Assembly: GCA_010909165.1 (NCBI GenBank)
Contig: VJWM01000103.1
Span: forward strand, 186,001 to 250,000
From: Anthoceros angustus
Lineage: Eukaryota > Plantae > Anthocerotophyta
DNA length: 64,000 nt
Direction: 5' to 3'
Shown: one piece after another, positions 1 through 12,352 of the stretch
How positions within the stretch are numbered: the stretch's first letter is position 1
Layout of the letters: each line of letters begins with the position of its first letter
Notes under the pieces: generated by a model
What the model was told of the DNA's origin: nothing
The model's database searches: none
What the model saw: the letters and a program-made list of their open reading frames with translations, nothing else
Position numbers and translations under genes: made by a program

Positions 1-82
1 AAAAATGAAAAGGAGATATTTTTAATTGTTTGCAGCGAAAAATGAAGGAAAGTAGGGCACCCATAGGTACGTGACGGCAAAT

Positions 83-3000
83 ATGGGTGCGGAGCCGCCC
101 CAGCCCCATCCCCCGCCCGTTAAGAAGCGTGGGCGCCATGAGTTCTTTACGGTTGATGGTGGCGCAGGCGGCTCAGCTGAAGGGGCGGGATCGCTTCCCA
201 CGAATATGTCACCGGGCACAATCGAGGAGGAGGCTGGGACGACGCTCGGGGACGCAGAGGAGGCAGGTTCGCATTGGCGGGAGGGTCACAGCGCGGAAGG
301 CAGCCGGAACCGCAGCCTGAGCCTGAGCCTGAGCCTAGAGCAGGGGGAGCAGCAACCTAGTGCGGACAGCTTGGAGATACAGGAGGACAAATTGCGAAAG
401 AAGCGTAACAGGGACGAGGTGACCTGTATCTACAGGGTCTACCGCCGCCTTAAAGCTTGTCTTGCTGGAAATTGTGATTTGCAGCGGGATGTGGAGGAAG
501 CATTCCATGCGCTGCTCAGCCTTGCAAATGGTGGCCATTACTACTCCTGTTCTTGACTTTTGGGTTGTTGGCTCTTTCTTCTTCCTTTTCCCGTATTGCT
601 CAGCTTGCACACCGCTTGCGGTGAGGTACAGGTCGTCGCCTCGCCCGGCTGTCTCATAATGCCATTATATGCTTCCATTCGATGCAGGGTGTGCGAGTGT
701 CAGACGTATCGCTGCTGACCTTATTCCCCGCTACGCTAATCGTTGCCCCTCTGCTCTGGAGGCAGCATCGCAGGCCCTGCTGCAGATTTGTGACTGGAGC
801 TGTGACCTAATGTTGGAAGGGGGCCGGGAAGCGGATGTCGTCGTGGAGCAAACAGCCAGGGCGGCTTATGCCGGTCTCGTAGATTTGGCAGCAGCGGCGC
901 CCATGTTGGATTCCTGTGCCCTAAGTATGGACTCCTCCGGGGCGGGGCAGGAGCAGGGGCAGGGAGTGACTCGCACTATTGCCCTGCGCCTGCTGCACCG
1001 GGTGTATGGGAAAAAGTTGGTATTTCTGCGCTCCGCCGACGGTGCGGCGGCGGCGGATGTGGATGACGCCTTTGCGTCGCAGGACATGACGGCAGCTACT
1101 GCGTCCCAGAGGTTCGACATGGTGCTTGTGTCCTCTGTTGTCAACACTTTCCGCTCCAGCCCGCAAGCCGTGCTGGCGGCTTGCTTCGACCTGCTGGCTT
1201 CTCCGATTCCGGACGACCGGAAGGAAGGCCAGCATTTCTTGAGTGAGATTATGGCGTTTGGAAGGATATTGACCCCAGCTGATCACGGGGGTGACGTATC
1301 GTCACGGGCCGCCGGGTGTGGGGATGCCATCACTGCACCGGAGGACATGCAAGTGGAGACAGACGACGACGCCCAGTTGGAGATAGAGCCTGAGGATGAT
1401 TCGCCTCTGAAAGCTTCTGAGCCCAACGCCGATTCGTCCGAAAATTTGGTCATGCAGGTGAGATGACGTTGTTGGAAGGCAGGTTGACCTGTAGTTGGGG
1501 ACGTTTTTGCTGGCTCACATGCCGTTACCCGCTTTCGGCGCCTGGTTTTCAAATCTCTGATAATGGCACTCTGAAGTCTGGATGCCCATTTTGCGATATT
1601 TTTGTCACTGCCTGCTTGTATTTCATGCGGAAGTTTGTGTACTGACTATCGTCTTTGATCTGTCTGGCAGGTGATCCATCCTAGCCCGCCCCTGGAAAGG
1701 TGGATAGTAAAGGAAGTGCGTCACTTCCGTAGGTCTGCAAGCCAAGAGGCTTTGGGGGAGGCGATGCCTCTGTTGGATGACTTGGTGAGGTCGTTATGCT
1801 CTTTCAGACCCACAGATTTGGACTTGAATGGGGAGGAAATGGAGGATTCCCGTGCCCTTGAGGACGAGAGAACACTCAGATCTGATGACAGAGGTGAGCA
1901 GAAATGGCCTAGGAAGGCAGACGAGTCTGCTGCCTCTGATCAAGAGAATCTGCGGTCTCACCGCTCTGGGGATGGGAAGGGCGCGGGTAGCAACGGAGAT
2001 GTTTCCGGAAGTAGAGGGCAGGCTCCCTCCAGAGGGGAGCTTGTTTCAAGCAGCTGTGAGACTGGAGAACATCAATCTGCTAGCCGGAAGCATGTAAGGG
2101 CTGATGACCACAATGACTACAATGGTGAAGGGGCAGCGGAGGACTTGCCACCTGGGCGGGAGAGGCTGTCTGGGAATGGAACACCCAGAGGAGAGAAGAG
2201 GGCATTTGGCTACAAGTCCTGGGAGTATGGTCGCACAGGGGATTCAAAGTATGTGGACAAGCCTCTGTCCAGTCATGCCGAGAGGGCCAAGGGTCCAGCT
2301 AATGGAGGCTCCAAAAAGGATGCTGGTGGCTCATCTACCGGATCCCCTCTGTCTCCACCGCAGCCATCAACCCCACAACACGCATCATCTCCTTCCCGCC
2401 AAGTTGTGTGGTATCAGGATGGTGATCCTGCAGCCATGGATGTTTATGCAGCATCTCGGGTTCTTTCTGTTGGGCCTCTAGGTCAAGGACTGAGTGAATC
2501 TTCGCTGCAGGCAGAGTTTGAGCAGTTTGGGGTTGTGGAGAACATTAACATCCTTCGCGCTGAGGACTTCGCCCTAGTTAGTCTCAAACAAGTGAAGGAG
2601 GCTGTGAAGGCACGTGAAATGCTTCAGGGTAAACTGCATTGTGGCAAGCCCTTGCAGGTTAGGTTTCTGGATGGTGGACTCAGCTCTCAAATCAGTGGAA
2701 TAACCTTGGGTAGCATGTGCCATGTGTGGATCGGTGGAGTAACAAGTCAACGCGCAAAAGATGAACTTTTGAATGATCTTGAAAGTGCTGGTTTGAAGGG
2801 CCCTCGAACAGTGTTTGCTCTGGTTACTGCTGGTGCCATCCTTCTGGAGTTTCAGGTCCCTGAAGATGCCGCAGCTGTGATACAGCACGTCCGACAACGT
2901 CGCAGGGAGGGTGGTGGGCCTGCCCAGCCTTCTGCGGCCATAGAAAAGGCTGCACCAGGACGCCCAGCTGTTGCAGGCAATCGGCATTTGTGGGTTGGAC

Positions 3001-5718
3001 GCATCGATCCTGCCGTCCGGGAAGAGGAGTTAATAGGTGCCTTTTTACAATATGGCGATCTCACTGGGTGGAAAGTCCTACGTGCTAGTTCCTGTTGTTT
3101 CATTGATTTCCGCTCCACTGCTGATGCTGCAGTTGCAAAGACACAGCTTAATGGGACCAGGTTTGGCTGTCAGTGCATTCAGGTGGAGTTCAAAAACAAT
3201 CCTGTGCGGAATCCACCAGGCCCATTTCTTGGCTCCCCTCCACATGGTTCATCATCTATACATTCCCCTGCCGGCAGGTTGCCTGGTGGACAGGCCTTAG
3301 CTTCTGCATTGGCCAACTTATCCAGCAAGTTCCACATGATGGGGGGTGCTGGGAATGTTGCACCAGGAAGGTTCAGAAATTTTCGAGCTGCAGGACGTGA
3401 AGGGACTGAACGAGTGCCTACCAATACACTTTGGATTGGCTTGCCTGACAGTGTAGGACCTAGCTTCATGAATGAGACAGAGTTGAAGTCTCTCTTCAAT
3501 CTTGCAGCTTCAGGAGTTGGCGTTGTAACAAAAGTGAGGAGTGCACGGATTAGCAGGGGTCCTTGTCGGTTTGTGGAGTTTGACAGGGTGGAGGCTGCGG
3601 CGGTGGCTCTCCGGGGTGTTTCAGGACGTCTGGACCCAAGCATACAGATAGAGTTCAGGTGCTATCTTCACCAGATTTCCTAATGTCAAATTATTATCTT
3701 GAGTTTATTATCAGATAATCCACGGATGTTATATTTGGTGCTAGTGCTTTGTACCCTTTAATCACAGTTCTGTCCGTGTTGTTCAGCAACTCAGCAATAT
3801 CCATGCAACAAAGTGACAACCCTCAGTTCTATGGATATCAAAATGCAGCATATGGGCAAGGGTCTGTCGACGAGTCTCGGCGGCGTGCCTTCGACTATCA
3901 CCGTGACAGAGAAAGATCTTTGTCAAGAAGTACTAGGGAGTGGGAGCACGAGAGGGAAGAGATGCACTCTCCAACACAAGGGAATTCAGATGATGCAGGG
4001 ACACCTGGCCGCAGGTCACTTCCCCCAGGTTGGGGAGGTGCCAGCGACAAGGAGTTCACCGCTGAAGAAGCTTATCGCAGAGAGCACAGAAGGAATCGGT
4101 TTGAGAGCTCATCTGATTTGAGGGAAGATTCCAGTCGAGGGGATCCATTCTCAAGGGGTGATTCTTCTTCCTACCGCAACAGTGCAGATTTTCGGGACGT
4201 AAGGGAGAATGATGAGAGCCCACCTCTTGCCCATGGAAGTACTTTGACTGGCCGTAAATCTTTCTCTGACCGGCAGCCTTCTGTCCGCCCGCCCTTGCCA
4301 CCTCAAGGTGGAACACTTGCACCTCCCAATCCCAAGCACCCTCCCCGCCTGCACATTGAGAAGGTGCCTTCAGGTGGAGGTTGGTCTGGTCCTTCAGCGG
4401 TGGACCATAGTTCGCAAGCTGCGTCTACTACAGCAGGAAGGGCTGCGGCTGTTTCTCCTGCAGGTTTTGCTAGTAAGCATGGCCGGAACATCCCTCCACC
4501 CTCACAGTCCCCTGTCACACCAGCAGTTTCCAAGCTGGCTGGCCCTGTCTCTCGTCCACCTTTGCCACCTGTTTCACCCCCAACTGAGAATTTGTCACGT
4601 CCTGCTCCTCTCTCACCGCCTCCTAATTCAGCTCAACCTCAGCCATTTCCACCTCCTCGCAGTCCTCGTTCATACCCCCCACCTGCTAGAGAGTTTGCAC
4701 CTGAGGCAACAGGAAGAAGAACTTCACCTGCTATAGAGTTTGCACCTGAGGCAACAGGAAGAAGAACTTCACCTGCAAGAGAGTTTGCACCTGAGGCAAC
4801 AGGAAGAAGAACTTCATCTGAGATGCGAAGTCGCCGAGGTTTGCAACAGTGGATAGGGCCCTTGTGTAAGAGTGGGACACAATATTGTGAAGTAATTGCA
4901 TATCGGCAGGAGTCCTCTCTTTGTCATTATGAGAACGGGCTCAGAGAGCCAGCGGGGTATGTCCACTCTTCTCCTTCTCCTGTTGTGAGACATCACAGAT
5001 TTTTGTGCTAGATACGTTACTGGTCCGTTCTTGGCAGTCCCCTTGTCTCCAGATTCCTGGGTTCGTGTTACTTGTGGTGGAGAGTTGAGAACCCCAGAAT
5101 TGTTGTGCCTTTTTCAGTTTGAGTTCGTTTTTGTTGGTGGTAGGTGGCCAGATAAGTTGGATGTTACCAAGCGTGCTGACTTCAAATCTGTGAGGAATAG
5201 CTTCAACAACACCCCTCCTCAACAGGTACTACGACAACTTTTGTGAATATCATGTCACTATTTGGCTTGAAGTGTCTGTGCCTATGGCTGAGCACAGTCT
5301 TTCTTGTCCTTGTTTTTGTAGAGAGAAGTCTGCAGGATAAGTGTTTCTTCATCAGCGCACAATAGTGATGGGGTGAGCAATACCTGCCTTCCTTGCTCTA
5401 TGCAATCTGCAGGCCAGCTAGCAACTTTATTTGCCTTGTCCCCTTTCCTGAATTCAACAGTTTTGAGCGAAGAGAATCATGACTGAAATTTCAACCGAGG
5501 TACGTTTGTGATTGCAGTTCGAGCAGTTTGTATCATACCTGAAAGAACGAGAACGAGCTGGAGTGGTGAAGATCAGTGGCGGGGACAGAATATGGTCACG
5601 CATGCTCTACATCCTGCCGTGGTCAGTTGATACCTGTTCAATGCTGGGCATCTCCCCTCATCCGAGTGACTGCCTGCTCGGTCTCCTGTTGCCTTCACCA
5701 GCAAACACTTTGGTGTAA
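83..5718 (+). CDS. Spen-family RNA-binding protein (several RRM-like domains plus C-terminal SPOC domain), At1g27750/AtSpen3-like; 7 exons
   Basis: Phase-consistent GT-AG exons 83-530, 688-1457, 1671-3658, 3787-4956, 5144-5225, 5322-5372, 5518-5718. RRM motifs LWVGRIDP...FIDF and LSVGPL...FALVSL. SPOC-type C-terminus WIGPLCKSG...EPAGWPDKLDVTKRADF...REVCR...FVSYLKERERAGVVKI...LYILP. N-terminal GCASVRRIAADLIPRYA matches the plant family as I recall it. Confidence 0.88.
4681..4820 (+). repeat. In-frame coding tandem repeat, 45 bp x3 (PAREFAPEATGRRTS)
   Basis: Units start at 4681, 4726 and 4771 and are nearly identical. Confidence 0.95.
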
Positions 5719-6938
5719 TGCGCTCCTAGTGACCAGCAGTTGACCACTAGGACGGCCTCCAATTTTGAACGCAGTGTTGTGGGTAGGAGAAAGTGTAATA
5801 TACCCCCAGAACAGGGAGGCTGGGACTTGCCCACCATTCTGTGGCTGGTGGTCTTGGTCTCCTCCATCCGGGGGACAATGCACCACAGTAGGTAGGCAGG
5901 ACTCGCAGTGATGAGATTTCGCCATCCATCACTGCCCTGTGCCAGATGTTATTTATGATTGCTTGCTTATATAATCTCCAGCTTGCTCTTGCACGCTGAA
6001 GATGTATGTATTTCACCGGACGGTGCCTATTCAACAGGGTCATCTGATGCTCGCAGCCCACCCCTTCCTTGCATTCCAGTCGTATCCTATCCACTTCTGG
6101 TTGCCGGAACACCTTGTCCTTCAGGTCAGGTGAGGTCAGACCTGGTCTTATCCGCCGTCCATGTATTGTGTGGCACTTTTCCCTCACAGATACGACTCCT
6201 CCCTCGGCGTCACGTCAGTGCACACCTAGGCCCACCCACCTAGGCCTGTTCAACATCCTGGTGCTCACCTCACTTCCGTCTCCTCCCCTGTTCTCTCCAA
6301 GGCCGAGGGCGTTCGATTTGCAACCGGCAGCCGGTTGGAAGCAGGCCCTGCTATTTGCTATCACTGTCCTGTACGGGACTCGCTGGTTCATGGATTGTGT
6401 TTGTTATGGTAGATGGGTTCAGCCCATCTCTAGGTCTTCCATGAAGCCTTCTTGTTCTTTGTTGTGTCTCTCAGGATTGTGTGTGGTGATATTCAAAATG
6501 TATTAGAACAAGCGAGGTTTTCGTAATGTTGGCAGGCAGATATGCGATGTGTGGTAAAAACTCGGCATTCCCGTGATTGGCGCATTTCTGCGGTGCCATC
6601 TGGAGGCCCCGTCATTGGCTAGCCAGACAGGTCCGACGCGTGGGGCCGCTTTCATGCGACACGCCAACACGCCAGGAACTGGGAGGCGATACCGGCGCAA
6701 CTGACCCGGGACCCGGGACCCGGGCCCGCTGGTTTCGCCACCACCGCCCTGCGCCCCTACAAATGCACGTCCGGAGTTTAGGAAGTGAAAGAGGATTGAA
6801 CGCACGTCTGGCCTCTCGATCCGTGCAGACCCGGGCACTCAGTGCAAGAATTGGTCTCTGCTGTGGCGGAATTGTGGGGAGCCTGGCCAGCGCATTTGCG
6901 TTAGCAGATTCTAGGCCTTTGAAGTGCTTCTGTTCAGG

Positions 6939-9524
6939 ATGGCTGTAGCCTTGCATCGCTGCGTCTCTGGAGTGTCGCTGTCTCACTCTGCTGCTGTCGA
7001 CATTCCCAGACCCAGGAGCCTCTTGCCCAGAGATGCGCCCAAATTGAGCTCTCCTGCTTCTTTCTCTTCCCGCCCCGGCGCCAGAAGCTGGGACAGCATG
7101 GGAGTGGTTGCCAGGCCTGAATTGTCGCTGTTGCCTGCCCACCGATTCTCCCCAGCTCTGTCCCGGGCTGTGAGTGTGGAAGAGCCTGATGTCGAGACCG
7201 CCAAGCCCGCCGTAGCTGCCACCAAAGAGGCGGTGAGCTAGCCGGAGGATTGTCTGTTTTGGGTGACCTTTCTTGTCATCGTTTGTGCTGATTGAGTCAC
7301 CTGGTGGGCCGGGCTTTGCAGGAGGAAGGTGCCTTGCGGGATGATGCGACCGACGCGGTGGCGGAACCTGTGACCCAGCCTAAGGAGCCCGAGCGCGACT
7401 TTGCCGGAACGGAGTATATTCCAATTTATGTCATGCTTCCTGTGAGTTCAGCGTCGCCTCCACCTACCTCTGTTGTCAAGTGTGCCAGCCACATTTTTCC
7501 GCTCTCGGCTTACGAATTCGATCACGAATTCTTCCTGCAGCTCAACACAATCAGTCACGACAACCAAGTTACAAATCCAAAGCAGCTGAGGAAGGATCTG
7601 GAGGCCTTGAAGGCTATCAGTGTGGACGGCGTTATGGTGGACTGCTGGTGGGGTCTGGTGGAGGGCGTCAAACCGTTGCAGTACGACTGGTCTGGCTACC
7701 GCGAGCTCTTTCACATGGTTGAAGATGTGGGACTCAAATTGCAGGTACACTTCATTCCCCCACCGCAAGGCCCTCTCACTTGGGTCAGCTTTAAAAACGA
7801 TGCTTGGCTTTGTCTCTGTGATCATAGGTGGTGATGTCATTCCATGAATGTGGTGGCAACGTCGGTGACGATGTCCACGTTGGACTGCCAGAGTGGGTGC
7901 TGGAAGTGGGCAAGGACAATCCTGACATCTTTTTCACTGACCGCAACGGCGTCTCAAATCCAGAGTGTCTTACCTTTGGCGTGGACAAGGAGCGCGTCCT
8001 CAGAGGACGCACTGGTCAGGAGGTACAACCTCTTCACATTTCTGATCCCACTGCAATTCTCTTTAAGTCTCCGAGACAGAGTGCGCCTAACTCCAGATGC
8101 TTCATTTCAGGTCTTCTACGACTTCATGAAGAGCTTCCGACAAGAATTTGACGACTTCTTCCTTAGTGGGACTATTACAGAGATCGAGGTTGGGCTGGGA
8201 GCTTGTGGGGAGCTTCGCTACCCCTCTTACCCGGAAAAGAATGGATGGAAATATCCAGGCATCGGCGAGTTCCAGGTTAGAAGCAGAAAGCCGCCACAGG
8301 TCCAAATGCCAGAGCATTGCACCCCAACAATCATGCCACTAACGCTTGAGCTGTGTGAGACAATGGCAGTGCTATGACAAATACCTGATGAAAAAGTTGA
8401 AGAAGGCAGCAGAGAAGAGAGGGCATCCAGAATGGGCAAAAGCTCCTGACAACGCTGGGGAGTACAACTCCCGGCCTCAAGACACTGGGTTCTTCCGAGA
8501 TGGGGGGGATTATGACAGTTACTACGGTCGCTTCTTTCTAAGGTGGTATTCCAAAGTGCTCATTGAACATGGGGACAGGGTGCTGAGTCTCGCCAAGCTC
8601 GCTTTTGATGAGGTCAAGATTGCGGCAAAGGTGGTTTAAAACTCTACCCCAGCCTGCCAGTGCCCTGCTGCTTCCATCTGGTGTATGTTTCTAACTTTTT
8701 CAAGATGCGTTCTAATCTATCACTTGCTGCTTCACCAGGTCTCTGGTATCCACTGGTGGTACAAAACCGCCAGCCATGCGGCTGAATTAGCTGCAGGCTT
8801 CAACAATTCAAGTCACAAAGATGGATATGCCCCTATTGCAGAGATGCTAGCCAAGCACAAAGCCACCTTCAACTTCACCTGTGTGGAGCTTAGTACTCTA
8901 GTGGTGGAGGAGCTTTCCCCTAATGCCCTGGCAGATCCCGAGGCCTTGGTTTGGCAGGTACATCCAAACCATCTGAAGCCGAACTACCACCACACGTTTG
9001 TCTTGTGCTCATGTTCGAAACCTGAACTGCCTACCCGCAGGTACTCAACGATGCTTGGGATGCCGGAATCGAGGTGGCCAGTGAAAATGCCCTACCTTGC
9101 TACGACAGAGATGGTTACAATCAAATCCTGGAGAGTGCCAAGCCCCGGAAAGACCCTGACGGCCGCCATCTCTCAGCTTTCACCTACCTGCGCCTTAACC
9201 CCACCCTCATGGAGGAAACTAACTTCAAAGAGTTTGAACGCTTTGTGAAACGTCTGCACGGTGAGCAACTTCTTTTGCTTCAGCAAATCCCTTGCTGCTC
9301 TCGTCTCCTTAATGTCTTGCTCACACATCCATCTTCTGCAATTTCTTTTGTTGCATTCAGCTGAAAGCTTGTGAAGAGAGTTCCGAAAACCGCTGCGCTG
9401 CCATCCGGGGTGCCACAGTAGTGACCATTTATACATACACTAAACTGTACAGATTTGTTGACCACTTATTGCAGGTGAAGCTGTGGACGACTTGAATGCA
9501 GAAACTGGTGATATATACATATAA
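6939..9524 (+). CDS. BAM2: Beta-amylase (GH14), BAM2-like, with probable plastid transit peptide; 9 exons
   Basis: Exons 6939-7232, 7322-7441, 7541-7744, 7828-8022, 8111-8275, 8370-8630, 8739-8957, 9041-9261, 9475-9524. Motifs [39 protein letters not shown] (catalytic Glu), [29 protein letters not shown] (second Glu), RLHGEAV. The symbol means BAM2-like; orthology is not proven. Confidence 0.93.
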
Positions 9525-9766
9525 ACTGAGGAGCTCTGCTTCTTCACAGTCATATAATTGCGAAGCAGCATACTGTAAAACATGGACCTGCAACACACGA
9601 CATGGGTAGGATTATACTTCATCGAGTAGTAAAACATGCTAATCTTCCCGCCGTGCGATGCCGATAGTGCGTAAGCAACTGTCGGCTAGTTTATGATGGC
9701 TTAAGCCAAATGGACACACACAATTCATAACAATGGCACTGTTCCCCTTCCTGTGTTTCGATTGGT

Positions 9767-9938
9767 ACTTGGATGGGGTATGTAGTGAGAGTGGACGGTT
9801 TTGGAGTTTGTAGCTACGCTTCGGTCGACTTGGATGGGATGCTTAATGAGAGTGGACGGTGTTGGAGTTTGTAGCTGCGCTTCGATCCGTACTTGGATGG
9901 GGTTCGTAGTGAGAGTGGATGGTCTTGGAGTTTGTAAC
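9767..9938. repeat. Diverged tandem repeat, about 61-63 bp x ~2.8
   Basis: Units start at 9767, 9828 and 9891 (acttggatggg...gagagtggacgg...ttggagtttgtagct). Confidence 0.85.
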
Positions 9939-10196
9939 TCAAGCCTACTATGGTACAAAATTGTTAAGTACCAAGTCCATGACAAAAATTCATCCCTGGT
10001 GGACTTACATAAAATTCTTTCCTTCTTCTCTATGTACGCCCTAATTTATGTGCTTTGCAATTAAAAATATCCCCTCAAAAACTTAGTGTCAGAAGCTACA
10101 TCATCTGAGGTTGCCACATTTTTTAGGCTGTGAATCGTAGCTAGTCTTCTACTGTAAAGGCAAGCAAGACTTGCGACTTGAAGGCTATGAATCGTG

Positions 10197-11744
10197 TGTG
10201 CAAGAACGACCGTGAGAGCAGTTACACTGGGCTGCTTAGAATTGACAATGTGTGAAGCGTTAATGTACATGAGGGCTGAAGCCCAAACGTTATGTGTTTG
10301 TAATGGTATGACCTAATATCGGTTGGTATCCCCTAAAATTTCCTCTAGCGAGGCTCCTGCCCCTGCCTCTTGGTTTTCCTTGTCTTGTAAAGAATGCGCT
10401 GGAGGATGCTTCTACAGCTAAGGTGAATACCTTTCGTCGACCCTCTTTAGTTAGCATGGCACTGAGCACTTTGTTCACGATAAGGGGCTAAACCCCTTGT
10501 AGGCTCTGCACTACACTAACCTATGATTCGGGTAGTGTAGATAATAAGATCGCTGCTAATAACTCTTCTGGGTTGTTGAATCCCAGGGCTTGAAACTTGA
10601 CTGTCGAGCTACAAAAAACCATAGCGTGGTGGTCAACTTGGTCGCCCTCAGCCATGCGCAGGTCGAGGAAATTTTAAATTGTGTGGATAGTATGCATGAT
10701 ATCAATTACAGCATAGATTTCATAGAGTTGTTTCCATGCATCAACAGTTGTTTATGTACCAGCCAACTACTGGACATTTCCTTGTTACATCCTCTGCATG
10801 AGGACATTGCGTGCTTGTTGGTTTTTATGTTCCCAATCATCCTTCTCCGCTTGTGTGCTTGTAGCGGGGAATGTGGTAATCACTGGAGGGTTCCCTATGC
10901 CACTGACATAGGCCCAGAGCTTTTTGCTCTTTTGGGAAATTAGTTATACGAAATTTCCATACAAGAAAATGATGCTGCCGGCCATCGAATCTGTCCTCCT
11001 TGGATAGGGAGATCTGTAAGGTGGACATTTTATCTTATAAGGTAAAAGTTGAGTGTCTGATGATGTGGTTAACTTCTAATTGCAAGATGATTACTGCTGT
11101 GTGTGTTGCATTAGAGTAGGCCTATATAGGTTGTTGATCTTTTGTAAGATTGAGTTCTGAATTTGCTGTGCAAGAATTGGGTGTGAGAAAATTAGGCTGC
11201 CGTGAGAGGATGCCAAGGTGTGCTAGTGACAATCTAGATGTGTCAGTGTTAAAATGCATTGAAAATTGCTGTTTCATTGTGGCAGGTTTAGAAGAGGCAT
11301 CTCGATGTAACTCCAATCATAATCAGCAGGATCTAGGTGTCCCCTCATGTTGATCTTAGATCCTGTCCCATCAGGCTGATCTCTTCACTTATGAGGAACA
11401 AGACTGAGCAAGGCCTGAGCCAACATAATTCCCACAAATTATCATCTCCTGTTTAAGGTAAGATTGATCTCTGCGAATTCTTTGCCAATCAAGTTGTTGG
11501 GCTTATCTATTAGCACAGACGTTGGTGTCATTGATAGCCCGACATTGATCTAAAATATGCAGGTCATGAATGCTGGGATGCGAGTGATAGCAAAGAGCGG
11601 AATTGGGCTCTGATACCATGTGCAAGTACGGTCGTGAGAACAATGGACTGCTTAGAATTGACAATGTAAGAAGCGTGAATATACATGAGGGCTGAAGCCC
11701 AAACGTTGTGTGTTTGTAACAGTATAACCTAATACCGGTTAGTA
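10197..11744 (-). mobile_element. Degenerate Ty1/copia-type LTR element: short LTRs, Met-tRNA PBS, gag remnant, no pol
   Basis: Direct repeats 10197-10328 and 11619-11744 (ctgcttagaattgacaatg...gagggctgaagcccaaacg). ctctgatacca at 11608-11618 is the reverse complement of the PBS TGGTATCAGAG. Purine tract (+strand tcccct) next to the left LTR. Minus-strand DRFDG...WKFRI and EDDWEHKNQQARNVL resemble copia gag. Confidence 0.75.
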
Positions 11745-11960
11745 GCTTGCTAATTAATTAATACTAATGAACCGTGCCCTAAGAGCTGGGTGCTACCTAG
11801 TTCAACATCGTGAATGTATTTTCGGACGATTATAAATGTTTTCCTGGAACTTTGAAGGGCTTTTGCACTCAACTTCATGTGCGCCTCAGGCAAAGAAAAC
11901 CGCTCTGCAGATTGCTGGGGTAGCGAGAGAAGTCTATGTCCGTGGGCTTGGCAGCAGCTC

Positions 11961-12265
11961 TGCATGCCTTGTTCCTTGCTCCGCATGCCTTGTTCCTTGT
12001 TTCGCGCCTTACGTCTCTGGTGATGAGTTTGAGACGAAGGCGGGGAGAAAAAGTCATGGAAATCTACAGTGGCCAATGCAGCATAGGATGCATCTGGTCC
12101 CGCTTCGGGACTACTTTCCACATTCCATGGCATGTAAGTATAGGTGACAAAACAGGTGGCAACCAGCATGTGCATGCGGTGCCCTGACACCGCTCAGGAT
12201 TGTGCATAGCGAGGAACTGGGGATTGTGCATAGCTAGGATTGTCACCCTTCCCTGCTCTTATAAG
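11961..12265 (+). promoter_or_regulatory. Promoter of the legumin-like gene: RY motifs and TATA box
   Basis: TGCATG (RY core) at 11961-11966 and 12171-12176; duplicated ggattgtgcatagc near 12198-12233; TATAAG at 12260-12265, about 90 nt before the ATG. Confidence 0.55.
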
Positions 12266-12352
12266 CACCTCCTTGCAGCCTGGAAATCACCAACGTTCAA
12301 GCTAGCGCACCCACAGTACTAGTGCAGGAGATCAAACTAAGTCCTTGGAGCG

